Source of the DNA: a virus
Strand: one strand, 5' to 3'
Virus record (IMG/VR): IMGVR_UViG_3300045988_068058
Coordinates: 1 to 44,843 of that record
DNA: 44,843 bases
Shown here: in pieces, positions 39,684 through 44,843 of the stretch
Numbering within the stretch: position 1 is the first letter of the stretch
Layout of the letters: each line of letters starts with the position of its first letter
Program-made: the position numbers and the translations under genes
The notes under the pieces: model-generated
The model's input: only the letters and a program-made list of their open reading frames with translations
Told to the model about the DNA's origin: nothing
Database searches by the model: none

Positions 39684-39782
39684 ATGGATTATAAGAAAGA
39701 GATTATTGAACTAATAGAAAACTGTGATAATATTCATTGGTTAAAAACGATATATGCATACATAAAAAGATTAATAGGATAA
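39684..39782 (+). CDS. 32-aa ORF (MDYKKEIIELIENCDNIHWLKTIYAYIKRLIG), candidate SOS-controlled small antirepressor
   Basis: RBS GGGAGGG 7 nt upstream. It is the only ORF between the promoter/SOS box and the terminator. Confidence 0.5.
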   Translation: MDYKKEIIELIENCDNIHWLKTIYAYIKRLIG

Positions 39783-39791
39783 CAAAGAAAA

Positions 39792-39830
39792 AGACAAGGG
39801 TTTGCGCATTGCCCTTGTCTTTCTTTTTTT
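39792..39830. terminator. Bidirectional intrinsic terminator shared by the 32-aa ORF and the repressor gene
   Basis: AGACAAGGG / CCCTTGTCT stem, flanked by an A-run and a T-run. Confidence 0.75.
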
Positions 39831-40188
39831 ACTTATTGGAAATCATGTCAATCAGCTCTTCGAGTTTGTCCCATCCATCATCGTCCAATCTGGCTAATGC
39901 AGATACAAGACGGTGTCTAAATGAATCTTCGCCGGATTTCTGTATGTCTGCGAGCATTTCTGCAATTTCTTCATCTTTGCTCTTTGGAATAAACATACTT
40001 CCCTTTCCTGTTCTGAGCCATTCTTCACTCACTCCATTATTTGCCAACATTATTACATGCTGATCTGTTACTTTCCTACGCCCTGATTCAATATCAGAAA
40101 CGCCAGACTTTGTAATTCCAAGAAGTTCGCCGAATTTCTCTTGACTTAGATTCATTGCTTTGCGCAATTCTTTTATTCTGTCATTCAT
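39829..40188 (-). CDS. XRE-family HTH repressor (CI-like), without S24 peptidase domain
   Basis: LRKAMNLSQEKFGELLGITKSGVSDIESGRRK HTH. 119 aa. RBS AAGGAGG upstream. Confidence 0.85.
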   Translation of the reverse strand: MNDRIKELRKAMNLSQEKFGELLGITKSGVSDIESGRRKVTDQHVIMLANNGVSEEWLRTGKGSMFIPKSKDEEIAEMLADIQKSGEDSFRHRLVSALARLDDDGWDKLEELIDMISNK

Positions 40189-40209
40189 AATATCCTCCTT
40201 TCATTTAAT

Positions 40210-40238
40210 ACTATACCACCTCTGTGTGGAAATGTAAA
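40210..40238 (-). promoter_or_regulatory. Repressor-gene promoter TTTACA-N17-TATAGT (TG-extended), minus strand
   Basis: The reverse complement of 40233-40238 is the -35; the reverse complement of 40210-40215 is the -10. Confidence 0.5.
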
Positions 40239-40246
40239 GGAGAAAA

Positions 40247-40261
40247 GTTCGCAAACCGAAC
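40247..40261. promoter_or_regulatory. Inverted repeat GTTCG-CAAAC-CGAAC between the two divergent -35 boxes (candidate operator)
   Basis: The half-site ACCGAACA recurs at 40308-40315 and, reverse-complemented, inside the SOS-box region at 39611-39618. Confidence 0.4.
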
Positions 40262-40270
40262 AAAAAACTG

Positions 40271-40299
40271 TTGACAAGGTTCTTTATGCGTGATATTAT
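40271..40299 (+). promoter_or_regulatory. Early rightward promoter TTGACA-N17-TATTAT
   Basis: Consensus -35 and good -10. The -10 is embraced by the inverted repeat TATGCGT-N10-ACGCATA (40285-40308). Confidence 0.6.
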
Positions 40300-40396
40300 A
40301 TACGCATACCGAACAAGGAGGTGAAAACAACGAGCCAAATAAAAAAGTTTTTCCACTGGTACTTTTTTGAGCCAAGGAAAACATTACTGGAATGGT

Positions 40397-40624
40397 TCAT
40401 GGCAAAATTCCAAACTTTCCATCTTTACGCTTGATTCGAAAGTACATTTTGCAATTTCGGTTTACGGTATAAACTCCGTGATCTCGGTCAAGCAGACCTA
40501 GGCGGTTCAGATAGTCTAGTGTCTGGTATCTAAAGAAACGATTAGATTTGATAATCGGCAACAAGTAGAGAGTTATTCGCTCACTAAAGGATAACTCAAT
40601 GTTAGAAAAGTCAATATTTTTCAT
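40397..40624 (-). CDS. Hypothetical 75-aa protein, antisense to the early rightward transcript
   Basis: RBS GAGGAG upstream of ATG 40624. Confidence 0.5.
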   Translation of the reverse strand: MKNIDFSNIELSFSERITLYLLPIIKSNRFFRYQTLDYLNRLGLLDRDHGVYTVNRNCKMYFRIKRKDGKFGILP

Positions 40625-40673
40625 TTTAATCTCCTCTCATAGGAGAGTATATCACAAGAAAGGAGTGAGTGCA

Positions 40674-40829
40674 TTGTCGGAGAAAGAAAAAAGAATCGTT
40701 GAAAAGCTGAAAGATGCGATTCCTAAGATGTCAGAATTTGACAAGGGTTACATTCTCGGCAAGACGGAAAGTTTTTCTGAGAAAAAAGATGATTCTGATC
40801 AGAAAGAAGAGACCAAAAAAGGAGCATGA
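40674..40829 (+). CDS. Hypothetical 51-aa protein (TTG start)
   Basis: AAAGGAG lies 8 nt upstream of TTG 40674. The track start at 40599 has no RBS. Confidence 0.45.
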   Translation: MSEKEKRIVEKLKDAIPKMSEFDKGYILGKTESFSEKKDDSDQKEETKKGA

Positions 40830-40830
40830 A

Positions 40831-41160
40831 ATGAGCGAAGTTGATACTTACATCAAGGAAAATGCAGAAGTTCATCAGTTCGCCGCAGAGGTTGCGAGAA
40901 TCATATCAGGCATTCCACAGATGCCAGAGTTCTCATCAGAAATTCTGACTGTAGCCGATGCAAGTCAACTGATTGGACTTCCTATTACAGCAATCCGGGC
41001 AGGGATTGTATACGGATGGCTACCGATCGGCGTAGCTGTGCAGAATAACAAGCCAGCAAAAAGCCTTTCCGGTGGACGAATCACATACATCATAAGCCCT
41101 AGGAAAGTCTATGAAGTAACTGGTCATGTCTGGAAAGGCAAAGCTGCTCTTAATAAGTAG
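40831..41160 (+). CDS. HTH_17/excisionase-like DNA-binding protein
   Basis: LTVADASQLIGLPITAIRAGIVYGWLP resembles MerR/Xis-type HTHs. RBS AAAGGAG upstream. Confidence 0.5.
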   Translation: MSEVDTYIKENAEVHQFAAEVARIISGIPQMPEFSSEILTVADASQLIGLPITAIRAGIVYGWLPIGVAVQNNKPAKSLSGGRITYIISPRKVYEVTGHVWKGKAALNK

Positions 41161-41296
41161 GTGCCCCGGAGGGAGCTGGAACCTCCACCCCGGAGCTTTG
41201 CACCCACTAAAGTACCTTAGTGGATAGATACATTATAGTTCTCTATCTGCTAATTGTAAAGACAAATAAGAAAAAATAAGGAGAAATTAGCACGAT

Positions 41297-41473
41297 ATGA
41301 GTGAAATTAAAAACGAAAGCCAGCCAACATGGGCTGACATCGAAGTAGCACTTGCGGCTGAAATTGTCGAAGAAAGCAAGAAAAAGTCAAAAAGATGGTT
41401 CACGGCATGGATTGTGACAGCCGCCGCACTGGTGGCGAGCAACCTCGCGTGGATTCTGGGAGAAATAAAATGA
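41297..41473 (+). CDS. 58-aa C-terminally anchored membrane protein
   Basis: RBS AAGGAGA upstream. TM segment WFTAWIVTAAALVASNLAWIL. Below the size cutoff of the ORF track. Confidence 0.45.
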   Translation: MSEIKNESQPTWADIEVALAAEIVEESKKKSKRWFTAWIVTAAALVASNLAWILGEIK

Positions 41474-41607
41474 AAGAGTATATGTTGATCGCCGTGTGCA
41501 TGCTTGCCGGGAAATATGTTGATGTACCTATCTGGTTGAATATCTTTTTCGGTATCTCAATGGTATGGGTGGTGCGCCAGATGAAACAGACTGGCAGTAG
41601 GAAATAA
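41470..41607 (+). CDS. 45-aa two-TM membrane protein
   Basis: ATGA coupling to the previous gene. Sequence MKEYMLIAVCMLAG...IWLNIFFGISMVWVV. Confidence 0.45.
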   Translation: MKEYMLIAVCMLAGKYVDVPIWLNIFFGISMVWVVRQMKQTGSRK

Positions 41608-41620
41608 GGAGGATAAGAAG

Positions 41621-41902
41621 ATGTTCGAGAAAGAGATTGATGAAATTTATGAACTCTGTAAAAGAGTCACGAACGAAGTTCCGACAGCAAGTGTCACATT
41701 CAACTATTCAATTTATGGCATGAGCGTATTTGGACTCAAAAGAAAAGAAGACGCTTGTCTTCCAAAAGACGTGTTTAAGTGGGATTTGTACCAAGACGTA
41801 TCTTTTAACCCATTTTACGAGAAAGAAAGTCGTGAAAAGCTTAATAAAATCAAAGCTTTCTTACTGGAATTTCTGATAGATGGGAAGTGTCCAAATGAGT
41901 AA
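41621..41902 (+). CDS. Hypothetical protein
   Basis: RBS AAGGAGG upstream; 93 aa. Confidence 0.6.
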   Translation: MFEKEIDEIYELCKRVTNEVPTASVTFNYSIYGMSVFGLKRKEDACLPKDVFKWDLYQDVSFNPFYEKESREKLNKIKAFLLEFLIDGKCPNE

Positions 41903-42119
41903 ACAGATAGCAATTATGAAGCTTCTTCCCAGTCTGGAGATAGCAGGATGTATCAACGAGCTGCTCAGAGAGCTTCAATCCAGAGGAGATTACGTTCTGG
42001 ATTATGAAAACTGTGATATGTCTCTTGACCATGTGGAATATCACAAGGCAGAAGATATCGACGGTGAGAAGTTCGGGGATGCTTCAGACAATTTGTATTG
42101 CTTTTTCAAGGTGGTATAA
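41895..42119 (+). CDS. Hypothetical protein
   Basis: ATG 41895 overlaps the previous stop. Confidence 0.55.
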   Translation: MSKQIAIMKLLPSLEIAGCINELLRELQSRGDYVLDYENCDMSLDHVEYHKAEDIDGEKFGDASDNLYCFFKVV

Positions 42120-42121
42120 AC

Positions 42122-42289
42122 ATGAACGAGAGAATTAATGAAGTTCTGAGATTGATTGATGTGCAGCTCGCCACAGTTCCGGATAATCCTATTGAAGAAT
42201 CATACAAGGCAAGAGCATTGGCAAGCTATGTACAGGCTCTGAATGGGCTTTTAACGGCTCAGAAAGTATATAAGGAGGGAAGTTTATGA
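42122..42289 (+). CDS. Hypothetical protein
   Basis: ATG 42122 follows AAGGTGG. Confidence 0.5.
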   Translation: MNERINEVLRLIDVQLATVPDNPIEESYKARALASYVQALNGLLTAQKVYKEGSL

Positions 42290-42474
42290 TAACTCTTGAA
42301 GCAAGCAGATTCATGGTGGCATGTGAAGATTATGAATCTAAGGTATTTATTCGAGATCGTAACGGCATTAAAGAAGTCACGGAATCTATGAGTGACGAGG
42401 ATAAAAATGATCTGATAAGTGATTTAATATATGTCGTTTCAAAACTGGTCAAAGAGAGGGACGCTCATGAGTGA
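42286..42474 (+). CDS. Hypothetical protein
   Basis: ATGA overlap; 62 aa. Confidence 0.55.
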   Translation: MITLEASRFMVACEDYESKVFIRDRNGIKEVTESMSDEDKNDLISDLIYVVSKLVKERDAHE

Positions 42475-42667
42475 ATTTGAAATCCGTATTCCGGCAAGGA
42501 AGAAACAACCGGTAACTGATAAGGATAACCCAGTCGTGAAAGTATCAACAGGTGCTTACAACGCACTGGTTGAAATCTATAACGAATCAACCTTATCAAT
42601 GAAAGATATCGCAAGTCTGCTGATTATCGAAGGCAGTAAACATGTGGTTTATGACAAGGAGGAATAA
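42467..42667 (+). CDS. Hypothetical protein
   Basis: ATG 42467 follows AGAGAGGGA. Confidence 0.55.
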   Translation: MSEFEIRIPARKKQPVTDKDNPVVKVSTGAYNALVEIYNESTLSMKDIASLLIIEGSKHVVYDKEE

Positions 42668-42669
42668 CA

Positions 42670-43308
42670 GTGAATATATATGAGAAGTTAGGGATTATTC
42701 AGTCAAAACTGAAAGCCCCTAAGGGTCAGTATAACTCCTTTGGGAAATACAAATATAGAAGTTGCGAGGATATTTTGGAAGCAGTAAAGCCACTTCTATC
42801 AGAAACAAAGACTGTATTAAGCGTCACAGATCGCATGGAAGTTGTTGGGGACAGAATATATGTCAGAGCAGAAGCCCACCTGAATGATTGCGAAGACTCC
42901 GGTGAGATTACAACCGTTGCTTATGCAAGGGAAGAAGAATCTAAGAAAGGCATGGATTCTTCACAGGTGACAGGTGCAGCTTCATCTTATGCCAGAAAGT
43001 ACGCTTTGAATGGACTGTTCTGTATTGATGATAACAAAGACAGTGATTCTACCAATACAAGAGAGAAAGAAAGAACATCTGGCAAAAAGGCAGAACCGGC
43101 AAAAGAAACCGATATGATTAGTTCTGAAAGTGTTATGTCGATTAAAAATATCATCGACAAATACCCGGAAGCTAAGCTCGCGGACCAGATCAAGACTCGG
43201 TTCAAAGTAAACGATATTAAGTCTCTTAACAAGGAAAAGGGACAAAAATGTCTCAAAATGTTAATTGACTATGACAAGCAACATACAGAAAAAGGAGCAA
43301 TAGCATGA
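42670..43308 (+). CDS. erf: ERF-family single-strand annealing recombinase
   Basis: KYKYRSCEDILEAVKPLL and SSYARKYALNGLF motifs. GTG start follows AAGGAGG. Confidence 0.8.
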   Translation: MNIYEKLGIIQSKLKAPKGQYNSFGKYKYRSCEDILEAVKPLLSETKTVLSVTDRMEVVGDRIYVRAEAHLNDCEDSGEITTVAYAREEESKKGMDSSQVTGAASSYARKYALNGLFCIDDNKDSDSTNTREKERTSGKKAEPAKETDMISSESVMSIKNIIDKYPEAKLADQIKTRFKVNDIKSLNKEKGQKCLKMLIDYDKQHTEKGAIA

Positions 43309-43727
43309 ATAAAGTAATCCTTACAGGAAGATTTACACGTGATCCAGAGATTAAGTATACTAACGACGGGACATCTATTGCAAGATTCTCTATTGCAGTG
43401 AACAGAAGATTTGTAAAAGAGGGTTCTGACCAGAAAGCAGATTTCTTGAACTGCATCGCTTTCGGAAGGTCGGCAGAATTTATCGAGAAATATTTTTCTA
43501 AAGGAATGAAAGCGGACTTATCTGGCAGAATCCAGACCGGCAGTTACACCAATCGTGATGGACAGAAGGTATACACGACAGACATTGTCGTGGAAGAGAT
43601 TGAATTTGGCGAAAGCAAAGGCTCTAATCAGAGCCAGCAGAAGCCGGAGACGCCGCATCCAGAAACAGACCCAGACGGATTTATGAGCATTCCAGATGGA
43701 ATTGACGAGGAGGTGCCGTTCGCATGA
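43305..43727 (+). CDS. ssb: Single-stranded DNA-binding protein
   Basis: MNKVILTGRFTRDPEIKYT...ADFLNCIAFGR OB-fold signature and an acidic DEEVPFA tail. Confidence 0.9.
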   Translation: MNKVILTGRFTRDPEIKYTNDGTSIARFSIAVNRRFVKEGSDQKADFLNCIAFGRSAEFIEKYFSKGMKADLSGRIQTGSYTNRDGQKVYTTDIVVEEIEFGESKGSNQSQQKPETPHPETDPDGFMSIPDGIDEEVPFA

Positions 43728-44212
43728 TACAAATTGACAGTAGGGAACATCAGAAGGTTATTGATGGCATTAAAAAAGCATTTGATGCAGCAGGGGAAAA
43801 ATGGTTTGTGTCTAAGCTCTATGTCGGGGATTACATGAATTATGACAACCCTCGACTGGTTGTCGACCGAAAGCAAAATCTCTCTGAATTATGTAGCAAT
43901 GTGTGCCAGCAGCATGAAAGATTTCGCGCTGAGATTGTCCGGGCAAATGAAGCAGGAATAAAACTCGTGTTCCTGTGTGAACATGGAAAAGGGATTGACA
44001 AGCTTGATGATGTGCTCTGGTGGGAGAATCCCAGAGGTAAGAAAAGAGTTAAAAAGAATGGCGTCTGGGTAGATCAGGAGCAGAAAGTTATGCATGGAGA
44101 TGTCTTATATAAGATTCTTTACACGATGCAACGCAAGTATGGTGTTGAATTTCTGTTTTGTGACAAGAAAGACACTGGCAAAAGAATTTTGGAGATTCTG
44201 TTAAATGGATAA
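43724..44212 (+). CDS. ERCC4-type nuclease (candidate Holliday-junction / branched-DNA resolvase)
   Basis: IDSRE ... VGDY ... VVDRK..SEL pattern, matching GDxn-ERKx3D-like motifs. Confidence 0.7.
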   Translation: MIQIDSREHQKVIDGIKKAFDAAGEKWFVSKLYVGDYMNYDNPRLVVDRKQNLSELCSNVCQQHERFRAEIVRANEAGIKLVFLCEHGKGIDKLDDVLWWENPRGKKRVKKNGVWVDQEQKVMHGDVLYKILYTMQRKYGVEFLFCDKKDTGKRILEILLNG

Positions 44213-44693
44213 AGAAGCAATTAAGCAGCAGAATAGCATGAGAGACGTCCTGAGTAGATACGGAATGATTCCAAACAAAGCAGGATTTATTCAGTGTCCA
44301 TTTCACAATGAACGCACTGCTTCTATGAAAATCTACAAAGACAGCTATTATTGTTTCGGTTGTGGTATGTCTGGTGACATATTTACTTTCGTTCAGAACA
44401 TGGATAATTGCGATTTTAAGACAGCTTTTACCATACTTGGCGGAACTTACCAGAAACCAGATTTCTCTTCCAGAATGGCAATATATCACCATCAGAAGCA
44501 GATGGAAATGCGGCAGAAGGAAGAACAGAAGAAAAAGTCCGAGTTGCAAGAATGTTTGTCTGATATAGATTTCTACCGGGCCGTCCTTGGCAGAGTGAAA
44601 CCATTGTCTGACGGATGGTGTGAAGCATGGAACAAGTTGCAACTTGCACTATATCACCATGGATTTATTACAGGACTGGAAGAAGGTGATTAA
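44205..44693 (+). CDS. CHC2 (DnaG-type) zinc-finger protein without a recognisable TOPRIM domain
   Basis: CPFHNERTASMKIYKDSYYCFGCGMSGDIFTFV. Confidence 0.8.
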   Translation: MDKEAIKQQNSMRDVLSRYGMIPNKAGFIQCPFHNERTASMKIYKDSYYCFGCGMSGDIFTFVQNMDNCDFKTAFTILGGTYQKPDFSSRMAIYHHQKQMEMRQKEEQKKKSELQECLSDIDFYRAVLGRVKPLSDGWCEAWNKLQLALYHHGFITGLEEGD

Positions 44694-44701
44694 AAGTGGA
44701 A

Positions 44702-44843
44702 ATGATAAACAAGCTCACGAAGGATTCTATTCTGGACGAAGAAGTGTTTGACGAGATATTCAGTCAGGAAGACGAGATATACAAGGCACGTCTTACACTG
44801 ACTCTTCTGGACAGAGCCAAGGAGCTTGGCGTAAAAAAAAAAT
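44702..44843 (+). CDS. N-terminal part of the helicase gene (continues at base 1 after removal of the 75-bp overlap)
   Basis: ATG 44702 (GTG 44696) comes right after the CHC2 stop codon. It is in frame with ORF 84..1829 through the circular junction. Confidence 0.75.
   Translation, partial: MINKLTKDSILDEEVFDEIFSQEDEIYKARLTLTLLDRAKELGVKKK

Larger units (their letters stand above)
1..44843. mobile_element. Complete temperate siphovirus-type phage/prophage genome (closed circle or permuted; unique length 44768 bp)
   Basis: Full set of phage modules is present: replication, packaging, head, tail, lysis, integrase/repressor, recombination. The two ends overlap by 75 identical bases. Confidence 0.9.

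Noticed and set aside
39146-40063. + strand ORFs 39146..39478 and 39737..40063
   Set aside because: They are antisense to the OB-fold gene and the repressor gene, respectively. ORF 39737 also crosses a strong terminator hairpin. They have no RBS.
44769-44843. Terminal repeat as a genuine DTR or cos site
   Set aside because: The repeat lies within the helicase coding sequence, and removing one copy preserves the reading frame. The PBSX-like TerL suggests headful packaging. It is most simply an assembly overlap.

Overview
The window is one complete genome of a temperate, siphovirus-type dsDNA phage or prophage from an AT-rich Firmicutes (Clostridia-like) host. Bases 1-75 are identical to 44769-44843, so the contig closes into a circle (or is circularly permuted) with a unique length of 44768 bp. 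The helicase ORF reads through that junction. Almost all genes are on the + strand. Gene order: (1) helicase, wrapping the junction; (2) an iteron and AT-rich ori-like region; (3) about 25 small early genes, including a LexA-DBD-like wHTH, a PAPS-reductase-like PP-loop enzyme, a Lar-like protein, many CxxC mini-proteins and three apparently frame-broken genes; (4) packaging and head genes: a TerS-like::TerL fusion, portal, an intercalated SGNH-esterase fibre-like gene, and a minor capsid gene with no canonical start codon; (5) an accessory island at 15.8-20.7 kb holding a Cys/His peptidase-like protein, a membrane protein, a sigma region-4-only regulator, a minus-strand RHH-controlled 3-gene cassette, a 5-gene module of Gln/Asn/Cys-rich and BclA/C1q-like proteins, and a ~400-nt leader with two non-canonical tRNA-like elements; (6) scaffold, major capsid, and head-tail joining genes with an embedded holin-like gene; (7) tail genes: major tail, two chaperones, tape measure, and a 1466-aa Ig/LRR/Tal fusion protein; (8) a 567-bp repeat-dense non-coding island; (9) endolysin; (10) attP-like arm repeats, tyrosine integrase and an OB-fold membrane protein; (11) a strong promoter plus a perfect Cheo-type SOS box driving a 32-aa ORF, then an S24-less XRE repressor with back-to-back promoters; (12) an Erf/SSB/ERCC4 recombination module and a CHC2 zinc-finger protein. 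All functional calls come from motif recognition by eye and recalled family signatures. No database search, folding or alignment software was run.
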